Under the pieces are notes generated by a model. That model was not told the DNA's origin. It searched no databases and was given only the letters and a program-made list of their open reading frames with translations. The position numbers were made by a program, and so were the translations under genes. This document shows positions 11,601 to 24,410 of a stretch of DNA of 64,000 nt, piece by piece (position 1 is the stretch's first letter; every line of letters begins with the position of its first letter). The DNA is from Octopus bimaculoides (taxonomy: Eukaryota). The DNA lies in the NCBI RefSeq assembly GCF_001194135.2, contig NC_068984.1, positions 259,894 through 323,893 of the forward strand, read 5' to 3'.

Positions 11601-14600
11601 AGTGGGACTGAACCCAGAACCATGTGGTTGGAAATACTATATGCCACAGCAGCTTTGTATATTGTTGTTTAGTCTCCGGTGAGTCTTGATCAAGCAGACA
11701 TGATCAAAAGCTTTCCAGTTGTGACCACTCCATCTTTATGTGTATCAAGTTATACACTATCTACTGTATCCATCTTTATTTAAGATGTTAGGGTGTGGTT
11801 TGAGGGAGATTTTGCTACTGTTTCTAGCAATTGAGTGAGAAGCTCCATCAGTGTCTCTTTAACATTGAATCTTCTTGAATATTCGCTACAAATTCTCTCG
11901 GCTGTGTTCAAGCTAGAGATTAGCATTTGACCAAAAGCTCTGGAATTATGTAGCAATGTCATGTGATAGGTTTAATCCACTAAAGGCTAAACAGGGCTAT
12001 GCACTAATGATAGGGGTCTCAATAGGGCTGTGTATTAATAGTAGGGGTCTTAAGTGAGGTATGTATCAGTGCTAGAGGGTCCGAATGTCAGTGACACTTT
12101 CTCAATTATTTTATTTGGAAAACCACAAGACACCCATTCATTCTGAAATAGCTGCACCATTACTGAAATTACTGATGGACACTTCATATTTATGAAATGC
12201 TCCAGGCACTTCCAGAATGTTCAAACTGACTAAAGAATAGCATGAATTGCATATTGCATCCCAAATAGTAATTATGTGTAAGTTTGGGTTTGAGTGGAGC
12301 ATTGCATGTATAGGGGGTGCAACAGTTGTTTTGCTTGTTAACATTCAAAATAGGTACACCCTATAAAGTGTACTCTATAGGTTTCATCAAGCAGCACTGA
12401 TCAAAGTCACTCAACAGCAACAACAACAACAACAACAGTATTTGTGGCTTAATATATAAAGAAGAACCATTGTTGTATTATGGAAATTACTATGACTTGC
12501 TATCAGGTTCTTTGATTGTTATATAGGTGCAGCAAATTCTAAAGAAGAACAGTAAAATCAGAAACAAACAATTCTGATGATGGTGATGGCAGTGTTTAAG
12601 TTATCTTGTATCATTTCTGTTCAACTAATTACCGAAGCCAGAAGCAATTTCTTTATTGTTCTATTTCTGTACAACATTATTTTGTCTGTGAACTCTTGGC
12701 TCTCTCAGGGTAAAAAGAAACCAGTTCTTATTGTTACTGCTTCATATCTATTAACTAATATTCCAAAGTCACATAGGATTTTTTGTTTTCTGTACATTTA
12801 ATGGTTTTTTTATCCAAGTCTGCCTGGACACACCTATCATTATACTAATTGAACAGATGTATCTCAGGTGTTGTCTAGGCGAGAAGATGATTTCTCTTCT
12901 TATTTTCTGTTCTTCTATGATTGTTTGGGGTGACTAGGTGTGTCTAGCAGTGTATGCCCTACATAACTAGTACAGGAGTATAACTTTGGGTGGTAATCTG
13001 AGTAAACACCTGATGGTCACTTCACAATGCCAAACCACTGAGTGACACATGGGTATGTTTGTGGGGGCGCACACATACACCCCCTTCATTTATTAACCTC
13101 ATGTTAGCATTGTTGTTATTCCATTCTTGTTGCACAAAAACTTCTTTCACTCCCCCCCCCCCCCCGCCAACCAATGCCAGAGGCCTTGTAAAGCATCAAG
13201 GAACTGCTTTTTCTCTTGACTAAAAGTTTGTTGCTATATACCGAGTGAACTGTGAAAATCAAAGCAATGACTGGCACATTTATTCTTAATCCTTTCCAGG
13301 AGATTCAACCATTATTAATCTGCTAATCCTATCTTTCCTCACAGGAGAACACCTCTTTTACAATGAATGTGTTCATAACCACTTGATTCATTGGCACAAG
13401 GGACTCTGGGACAGTTGGTGTTTTGACATCATTGTGTCACGTCAGGCAAGAGGCACACCCTGTCCCAGTGATTAATGAATCTACCAAGAGTTGATTCTTG
13501 TGTTTATAATTTCAGCAAACAAACTGATTGCTGATGTGTTGATATCTGCCAACGGGTAATAAATCATCATGTGCATGATGATGATGATGATGTGTATTTA
13601 TTCTTAATGTTTTGACAAATTTGAACGTGAATATGCTAATCACTGCTGAGGTTTGTCATAGGGGAACTTCCTTTATGATGAATGTGTGCATGTTGTTTGT
13701 TGAAATTATACACACAAGAACATCCACTCTTGTTAGATTCATTTGTCTGGGGATGCCTCTGGCTCACAAGACACAATGATGTTGAGAAACAGCGACTGTC
13801 TTAGAGTTTCTTTTGCTAATGAATTATGCTATGAACACCCAGTGCAGAGAAGTTGATCTCCTGTGATGAAATACAACAGTGATTAACATATTTACATTTG
13901 AATTTGCTGGAATGTGTCATGAATAAATATGCTAATCATCTTAAAAGATTAAGAGAAACAAATAACAACTCACTTAATTTTGTATATTTAAAAAAAAAAA
14001 GTAATTTTTCCCATTATTCATTTTCCCAGAAAAATGTACCAAGGACAGAAATGCTCTGAAACCATCACAGCGGTGTTTAGTTGCAATGGAATTGTTGCAG
14101 ACAGAATGGAATTATGTGAAGATCTTGCATACAATTCTCCATGTAAGTAATACTGATTATTTCATCATCGTTCTTTGGGAACAACTATGTCATATGAGGA
14201 ATATTCTTAGTTTTTAAAAAAGAAATAAGAAACAAACAAAGCATTGGAAATTTCTGGATGGAATTTAATCTTTAAGACAACACCAGGAGACAAATTAATA
14301 AAAAAAAAAAAAGAAAAGAACTGTACAGCTTTCTGAAAATCTCAGTTTCAATTGAAATCTTTTAATGGAGTTACAGTTCTATTTCTTTACCTGTTAGACT
14401 GGAATTGGTAGTATTTAGAGAATTTCATTATTTTGTATGGTAATTATAATTCTATACATTTACATAGAAACATCTTTTTCACCAACTTATTAATAGCTGA
14501 GGTCTGCCTCCTCCTCTTCCTACTACTACTAAAAAGAGGTTTTCCTCTTTCACTTTAGTTATGGATGAAGAGATGTTGTTCATGCTTCGACGAATGGCCG

Positions 14601-16258
14601 AAGTCAAAAAACTTTATGTCCAGTTTGAACTTCTGTTAGGAATAGGAACAGCAAAGAGAAAAAAATTCCAAAGGGATGTTGTTGAGGGGAGAAAAGATTA
14701 GGCAAAGTGGTGAGTGGCTGAGAGACATTAAGGGACAGGGAGAAAGATGAGAGGGTAGGGAGGTGACTGTGCAGTTTGGATTTGAGTAGAGGTGGTATGT
14801 AGAGACAAGCAGAAGCTGTTTTGGTAAATATAGAATAGGCAGAGAGAGAGAGAGAGGAAGTGTATGCCTGTAGCTTGTTGATGCCTTTGTCAAGCAGTTG
14901 GATGATTTTCCTTTCTTTGTGATCCAGGCTGATTGGTAGAAGTATGTGTGTGTGTGTGTAGCAGCAGTGCTGTCTCAGATATATGAGCAGTCTTGTCCAA
15001 AATATGTACATTGTCCTTGATAGGTTTTCAGTCTTTTTAAAAAGTTAACCCGGAATGTCATAAACCTCTCCAATCTGTGGTAGACGCTCGTTAATGAGCC
15101 ACTTGAAAACGTGCCTCATCACTAAGTACACAAACTCACGTATGCACACAGAAGGCTTCGTAAAAGTTATTACATTCTAAACATACCTCTCCGTTTTTAG
15201 TTTCTTTTGCCAAATCCTTCTGTGAACAAGGAGGAGTTATAGAACACAGAGAACTGTACATGAGAGTAAGAGTTAAAGACCATGACTAAACGTGAAGGAG
15301 AAACTGTGCCAACTCCTGTTTCTATCTCAATATTTCTTACTAAACATTCTTCTTACATTTAACTTGTGCTTCCCACCCACATTAATTTATGCTCTTCACC
15401 CACAAGTTACATTGATTCAGGGTCCGTAGTCGTGCCAGATGCATGGTGACCTCAATAGTACTGGTGGCATGAAAAAGCATCCAATACATGATGTGTATAG
15501 TGGTTGGCATTAGGAAGGGCATCCAGCCATACAAGGATCTTGGAATAGAGGTCTCAAAAACATGGCATCTAAATGATTACTGTACCTGTGATCATCAGAG
15601 CTCTGGGCATAATACCAAATGGTACTTTTAAACACTGTGGCCAAATACCAGGAAAGCCAAAGGTATCAGAACTACAAAAATTGTTCTCATGAGTACTGCC
15701 CACATCCTCAGAAAACTGCTGTCAACCTGAGAATATCTGAGAATATCCTTTTAAACTTTTCCAAAATCTCAAATATTACAAATTCAACAGAATCTGGTCT
15801 TCTTCCCATACAATATATCATTACTAACCATTAACAACACTTATAGTTAAATCTTCAACTTACTTGGGTCTCAGCCTGAGACTTGGAACAGCTCATATTA
15901 ATCAAAGCAACAACAATGAAAATAAAATAATAATAATAATAGTAGTAATAGCAGTAGTAATAGTTGAATATATACTGTTATTGTTGTAAACTTAAAAAAA
16001 AAATGAAACTAATATTCTGAGACTGATTATCTTACTTTTTCAGGTATTTAAGGAAAAAATTGAGGAACCAAACCAATACAATGTCCCAATACTTGTACCA
16101 CTTGAGATTAAATCAATATTTGGTAAAATCCCACCAATTTATGACATCCATTGTAAAATAAGGGATGAGCTGTCAGACTTGATTAACAATTGGAAGGAAG
16201 ATGCCTTGGTTGGCGATGTAATTCTTAAACATGTAATTCTTTTTTTTTATATTCTGTT

Positions 16259-16294
<36 letters not shown>

Positions 16295-19200
16295 ATTTCA
16301 CTGATCATATACAGTCTTTACAATTTACTATTATTTACATGCTGTCCTGTCTGTTGTGGTCATTACCTGAAAACAAAGCTGCAGTCATCTTTGTGTCCAC
16401 ACTGGTTTTAAATTTCAAAGCTTTCCTTGCTCTTCAGTCATTTGTGTTTTTGTTAGATACGTTGATGATGTCAAAAACAGATAAAAAAAAAGAAAAAGAT
16501 CAAAAGAAGACCCTAGCAAAAAAAAAACAAAAAACCTCAAGCAAACCCAGAACGTGTGGTCATTAAGTATAGTTTAGATGAAATTAAATAATGTGAACCT
16601 GTATCAATATGATGAATACCAATAAATCAATGTTAACTACTGGTGATTAGTTTCCGTGGCAACGAGACAATGAGATATTCCTTGAACACTCTTAGAGTGT
16701 TAATGAGTTTGGTCATCTGTTTGATGGATTGCATTGGCCGATAGGTTATGTTGGAATTATTGATATAATTATGAGAGGTTTATTAAAAAGAAGATTAAAT
16801 GGAAAAGAAAACAAAAAACAAAAAAAAACCCAGCTGAATTGTAGTGTATTAGGTGTTTTGACAAGGGCCATAACTCTTGCTGCCTTACTTGGAAGTAACT
16901 ATGGAGCAGTGTGAGTGGTGGCTTTAAGAAAGGTCAACCCAGAATGAGTTTGATGCCAGCATTGTAGGTAAAGGTGTATAGCTGGTTGATTTGGGTTTGG
17001 GGCTCACAATCGTGAGGTCGTGGGTTTGGTTCCTCGACTGGTCATTTCATTGTAGATCCAGTCAGTTCATTAGTTAGTACCAGCTACCCAGTACTGGTTC
17101 AACCCACTCTCTCTCCTTCAATGTTCCACTGGATCAAGGAGCGAGAGGGTTGAGTGTTGATGAATACGTCGATACCTAAACTATTTAGTGGAAGAGTAGG
17201 ATTATGTTACAGGTCATCCATGTTTGCATGAGTTGGATAGATTGTAAAAAGTTAGACATATACCAGGGGAGTCAAAAGTCACAAGTTAGACATATACCAG
17301 GGGAGTCAAAAGTCACAAGTTAGACATATACCAGGGGAGTCAAAAGTCACAAGTTAGACATATACCAGGGGAGTCAAAAGTCACAAGTTAGACATATACC
17401 AGGGGAGTCAAAAGTCACAAGTTAGACATATACCAGCCAAGTCAAAAGTCACAAAACGATCTCAGATTTTAATAAATAAATTTCTTTAATTATTTTTAAA
17501 AAAATTTTTTTCTTATATTGTTATTAAAATATTAAAAAGTGATGATTGGAGTTTCAATACTTCTTAACGATATTTAAGAAAAGCACTAATTACTGTATTT
17601 GATGACAGAGAAAATGCACTTGTAAAAAAAGACAGTCTCAGAAAACTCATCCCTATAGGCAAAGTTAGGCTTCCTATAAGTTTTAATGCACTAAAATCCT
17701 TTTTTCTTTGAATATGCGCTGCTGAAATTGGGATGCATCTTTTATGTCATCAAATATAATAATTAGAATATGCTTATTGAAATTTTAGACTTCTTTGTAA
17801 CTTTTGGTTCATGCAGTTCATATATTTCATTCCCATTTTCATTTATGCCTTTGTGGCTAATAAAAAAAAAAACAATTCATTTGTTGCCATGTTTGATTCT
17901 AACCATTCACTTGTGAAATGTTGTTTCACTGGTTTTTCAGTTTCTTTAGATTGCAGCAACAGGAGGGAATTGGTATTGTTATAATATTCTTTTAATCTGT
18001 TTTTATTGATTAGGCTGATAAATTGGTAAAAGCGTATCCTCCATTTGTGAACTTTTTCGAAAAAACAAAAGAGAGTATTCTGGAATGTGAAAAGAAGAAT
18101 CCTAGATTTCATGCCTTCTTAAAGGTAATTCAACCAAAGCGTTTTCTTATTTCAACCCATCTTGGAGTTTTTATCATTTAAAAAAAAATCTTTTGTACAG
18201 AAATTAGAATTCATGCTCAAAGTTAGAGTTCTTGGATGTTGCTACAATGTAGAGGAAGGAATTTGGCAGGAAAATGTATTGCATAAGTTTAGAGAGAGAG
18301 AAGAGACTTTGGTGCAAATATTGTGTATATTATAGATACTTTAGAAGTAAGGCTTTAAGGAGCAGAGGGATTTTTGAATAAAATATTTTGTATACAGGTA
18401 TGGTTGTATGGTTAAGAAATTTGCTCCCCAGCTACATGGTTTCAGGTTCAGTTCCACTGCATGGCACCTTGGGCAAGTATCTCCTGTTATAATCCTAGGC
18501 TAACAAAAGCCTTTTGAGTGGATTTGGTAGACAAATTGAAAGAAACCTGTTTGTTTGTGTGTATGTGTGTGTGTGGATGCTCCATTACCATCATGATTTA
18601 AATATCGATATTCCATGTTGGTTTGAGTTGGATGGTTCAACAGGATCTGATGCATCCAATGACTCCATTCTTCTCCATTGTCCGCTTTGGCATCGTTTCT
18701 ACAGCTGGATGCTCTTCCTAGCATCTGCCACTTTACAATTTGTACTGGGTGCTTTTTTCATGGTATCAGCTTTTTCTTGTACTACTAGTAAGATTGCCAT
18801 GTTGCTCATAAGACTACAAACACCAAGGGAGGTGGCTTTATGCTAGGAGATCAGGAATTAAAGTATGAGTGATGGAGCCAAAGCAAAACAGGTTTGTGTT
18901 TGTGTGTTTGTATGTTTGTGTCTCCTTGTCTTGATGTCATACAATAGTCGTAAACAAGTTTCACCACCATACAAACAATGATATTCATCTCCAATCTTCC
19001 ATGAAAACATGTCCAGACGGGGAAATATTAGCTTGTTTGTAAAGAGATGAGGGTTGGTGACAGAAAGGGCATCCAGCTGTAGAAAATTTGCTTAATGAAC
19101 TCTGTCTGATCCATGCAAGCATGGAAAATTGGAAGTTAAAGTGGTGATGATGATGATTTGGTATACTGTATAGACTTTAGCAGTAAAGAGTTTCGGGAAA

Positions 19201-20351
19201 AGAGGTGTTTAAGAGTGAATATTGTGTACATTCCACAGATTCTAAAACGAGATGGATGAGTAGATAACAGAATATTGATGTGCATAAGTTGTGAGTTCAA
19301 ACCTGTTGTGGCTGGTATTTTGTTAATTCTATACATTTCAGTTGACACAGGTGTTTGGGAATGAGTTCCAGATTATATCTAGGAACATTAATTGTGATAC
19401 ACCAGCATCCTTTCTATGATGCTACTGCTTAAGAAATTGCAGTTACTACCCCAAAGCAATTTTTGAGATCATGTGACTGGATCTAAGTACTGACTCTAAA
19501 AAATCTTATAGTGGTTTAAGTGGTTTAATGTTATTTCCATTGCATTTCAACATCACTGTAGATTGTGGATGATCCCCACTGAGCATTTGAGGGAGTCTAT
19601 TGTCTGTGCATTCTTAGTGCTTATTGTACCCCCACATTTGCCACACACAAAGACTATTTTCTCCATTAACCTACCTGTGATACTGCTACACCTCTTATGT
19701 GTCCAAAGCTTGCACTGGGTACAACGTATGGAGTTTCTACCAACACCCAACTTATGCATTGAGCAAGGCCATCTCCCTGAAGGGACTTGTGATTTGTTTG
19801 TTTTCCTGCTTACTAGGACTTTGGATTTTGTTAAATTAACTCCAAGGCCCTTAGATTCCAGGCCTTACTGCCACACCTGAAATTTCTTCTCTAGGTCAGG
19901 TAGTAATTCAGCTTTAAGAACAAGGTCATCAGTAGAGGAGCTTGCATGAAGCAGCCAGTCTTGAATTCCTCTGTTATGGCCTGGAGGACTAAGATAAACA
20001 AGATGGGGCTGAGAACTGATCCTTGGTGAATTCCTACCTGTACACTGAATTCATTGCTATACTCGTTGCCAACCTTCACTTTACTGGCAGCATCCCTCTA
20101 CATGGCTTGTATAGCTCTTATTGACCACTCTTCTGTCCCTAGCTTCCACAATGACCACTAGATGAGGGAGAAGAGGACCCTGTCAAAGGTTTTCTTCATG
20201 TTGACAAAAGTCAAGTACAGGGCTAAATATTTCTCTTGCATTTGCTTAACCAAGAATATTGCATCAGTCGTGCTCTCACCTGGCACAAATCCAAACTGCA
20301 TCTCATCTATGCTGTCTTCCTAATTAATTGAGCTATGACCCTCTCTGTGAC

Positions 20352-20400
<49 letters not shown>

Positions 20401-21129
20401 CGTTATTATTATTATTATTAATCATTCAACGTCCACACTCCATGCTGGCATCATTTAGATGGTTTGACTGGAGTTGATGAGCCGGAGAGCTGCACCAGGT
20501 TCCAGTCTAATTTGGCATGATCTCTACAGCTGGATGCCCTTCCTAACATGCCAACCACTCCAAGAGTGTAAGGGGTGCTCTTACATGTCACAAGAATGGG
20601 TGCCATTCACATGGCACTGGCAGTGATCATGACTATGATGCACGGGTGCCATTTACCTGGCACTGGTAGCAACCACAACAGCAATTCATGGGTACCATTT
20701 ATATGGCACCATCAATGAGCATGACTATGATGTATGGGTTCCATTTACATGGCACCAGCAGTGACCATAATTACGATTCTTAGGTGTCATTTACATGGCA
20801 TTGGCAATGACCATGACGATTCATGCTCATTGCCAATGGCCATGATTATGATGCACGGGTGCCATTTACATGGAACCGGCAGCGACCATGACTACAACTA
20901 TTATTATTATTATTATTATTAAGGTGGTGAGCTAGCAGAATCAATGGCACACTGGACGAAATGCATAGCCTGTTGCTATGTTCTGAGTTCAAATTCCGCC
21001 AAGGTTGACTTCGCCTTTTATCCTTTTGGGGTTGATAAAGTACCGGTGAAATACTGGGGTCAATGTAATCTACTAGTCCCCTCTCCACAAATTTGAGGAC
21101 TTGTGCCTCCAGTGGAAAGGATTATTATG

Positions 21130-21160
<31 letters not shown>

Positions 21161-23582
21161 TTGAAGTGGTGAGCTGGCAGAACCATTAACATGTTGCTAT
21201 GTTCTGAATTCAAATCCTGCTGAGGTTGACTTTCCAGGAAGATGTAAGGCAATTACATTGACCCAATCAATGTAATTGCCTTACATCTTCCTGAGAATTG
21301 TGTCAAAATTTGAAACCATTATTATTAAGGCAGTGAGCTTGCCGAGTCGTGGCTGCACCAGACAAAATGCTTAGCAGCATTTCTTTCAGCTCCTTAGGTT
21401 CTGAGTTCAAATTCTGTTAAGGTCAACTTCACTTTGCATCCTTTTGCGATTGATGTCACTGACTAGCCCTACGCCATTAAGATTTTAAGCTTTGTGCTTA
21501 TATGAAAATAAATTATTGTCTTCAAATATATTAGTTGTTATTACAACATGGGGCTCAATGTTGTATTTGTAAAAATAAATTACAATAATTTATCAAATTG
21601 AATTTAGTTGCATTAGAAAATCTTACCAGAATTCCAGTTTTCTGGAAGTAGGGAGCCATCTTCAACAACAACAGTATTTTAAGGCCACACTTCCAGCTAA
21701 AGCAGAAGTTATCCCTACAGTCTTTGTGACAGTCCTCTCCATTTTACCCTGTCCCTTACATCCTTTTCTGCTCATTTCTACCTTTAACCATGCCTTTCTC
21801 AATTGCTCTCCTTTGCTTCCCTCTTATTTTCCATCACCCCTCTCACACAGTCCTTCTTCAGCACATGACCAACTAATTCCACCTCACTTCATAGCATAAA
21901 TCCATCATTGGCTAAATTCCCATCATTCGTAGAAATTCATTATTTGTCTTTATCTTCTCTTGCAACTATTGGCCATCTATCTGCCAAACCATTCTCATTT
22001 CCGCTCTTTCCAACATTCTCTGCTGCTTCATGTTCATTATTCATGTAGCATTTCCTTGAACAGTTGCTTAATTAGAGCTGGGCTGCATCTGGAAAAGCTG
22101 AATCTAGTCGAGATAGGAAGAAGCAGCAGATCAGAAGGGAGAAAAGTACACAAGAAAATGTTAGATTTGGTTTGAAGGTTTTTCTCTTTGGAAAGATTTA
22201 TTGAGCTGATTTCTCCCTTCAGTGGATAAAAATTACAATATGGAAAAAGACAGTATTTTGGTAATGTAGTAGTGAGTTGAGATGGTGGGGTGTATGGATG
22301 AGATTTGAGAGTCAAAAGAGAGGATATTGGAGTGAAGTCAAGAGATATTGGGATATGAGAGTAGAGAGTCAAGCGGTAGTGGGATAGTGGAAGAGAGAGA
22401 GAGTCAAGAGGTAGTGGGATAAAAGAACAGTCAAGAGATGATGGGAATAGGACCATGAGATGGTTGGGTAAGATGGTGGGAGTAGAGAGGTAAGGGATAG
22501 TGGGATTAGAGAGTATGGTCACAAAGTGATGGGAGTATAGAGTCAAGAAATAGTGGGATAAAAGAGTAGAGTCAAGACATAATGGGAGTAGTCAAGCGAT
22601 GGTGGGGTAAAGGAGTAGATCCAAGAAATGGTGGGGGTAAGGGAATAGAGCATCAAGATGTGTGGTATAGGAGTCAAGAGATGGTAGGATAAGAAAGTAG
22701 AATCAAGAGATGATGAAGTAAAGAAGTAGAATCAAGAGATTGTTGAGTAATGGAGTGGAGAGTCAAGATGATAGGGCAAAGGAGTAGAGAGTCGAGATTG
22801 TGGGGTAAGGGATTGGAGGGTCAAGAGATGATGGGGTAAGGGAATAAAATCAAGGGATAGTGGAGTGTAGGATAAGAGTCAAAAGATGATGGAAATAGAG
22901 AGTCAGGAAATTGTGGGTAAGAGAGTAAAGTGCTAAAAGATGGTGGAGTAAAGGAGTAGAGAGTCAAGAAATGTTGGGGTTAGGGAGTAAAATCAAGAGA
23001 GGGTGGGATAAGATAGTGGTTAGTTAAGGGATGGGGTAAGGGATCAGAGAGGGTCAAGATATGGTGAGATGTAGGAGTATAGAGGTGGTGGGAGAGAGAG
23101 AAAGATGATGGAATATTTTTTAGCACTTGATGTATACAAAGTTGTTTATTGCTTGTTGTTGACTGTGACTGCACCAAGTGAGAAATCCTTTCTTTTTGTT
23201 GAATTATGATATTTTCCATCAATAATGTTATTAAACAGCCTCAGTTATTGTCATATACCCTTGTTCCTTTGAGATTGTTTTTTTCTTTTTTTTTTATTGG
23301 ACTATATGTCAATGTTATTTAGTATTTTGTGAAGCTACTTGTGTTTTCTAGACATCTGCGATAAGACCTGCCTTGATTGAAATGTTTGATTGGTTTGATT
23401 GTTCTTCAATATTACATTAGACAATTATTATAATTTACAATAATGGGTTCCTGATTGAAAAGGCTGTATGTTTTGGTGTCGTGTACAATTAAGGAAGAAG
23501 ACAAACAAATTAAAACCAGATTGATAATTGAAGCATTGAAATTAGTTATATAATCAAAATGGTAACGTTCTTAGCCATAGCT

Positions 23583-23613
<31 letters not shown>

Positions 23614-24203
23614 TCATCACCATATGTCTGCTTTCCATGTTGGCATTGATTGGCTGGGTCATCATGACCTGAGTCAATTCTCATTCTGAATTACTCTCTG
23701 CTCATAGATGGGCCAGAGGGCCATGTCTTGCTCTTCTCTTTCATTTCTAGCTTGGTTACTATGGCTGCGCTCTGTATAAGATGCAGTTTATCATTATGGC
23801 TACATCACTAAAGAAGTTGTTCATAAGACAGGACATAAAAGATACTCTTAGCTCTCTCTCTTCTCTCTACCCTAACCCTAACCCTAACCCTAACCCTTAG
23901 CTCTCTCTCTTCTCTCTACCCTAACCCTAACCCTAACCCTCTTACAGGAGTGTATTGGGTATATTTTGTCATGGCACTGATTCTAGAGAAGGTTTCATGT
24001 CTTTGGCAAGACACAGCAGAATAGATTCTTCTGCTCTGCATTTCATCTGCTTGTTCACCTACTCCCCAACAGTATGTGCTGGGGGTACATTTTATATCTT
24101 AGCCCCTGGATGACATAAAATATAGTGAAAAAGATATTTAATATTGATCAGGTATTGAAAGGTAGCTTGAAGTGAAACAATAGAGCAACAAATTAGAAAT
24201 GTG

Positions 24204-24238
<35 letters not shown>

Positions 24239-24371
24239 GAAAAACTCTATTTCAAAGTATTTCTTCCAATTTTATTTAATATCTGCTGATGTGGATATTT
24301 GTTTTCACTATTTGTCTCTGTTCTAAATGTGTAAGAACATGGCTTCTATGAAACCAGAAACATTGCTTAAC

Positions 24372-24410
<39 letters not shown>

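Noticed and set aside
17251-17454. CRISPR array
   Set aside because: Units are contiguous with no unique spacers, there are no cas genes, and the context is a eukaryotic intron.
23848-23940. True chromosome end
   Set aside because: Only seven hexamers, inside an intron of a gene that continues on both sides.
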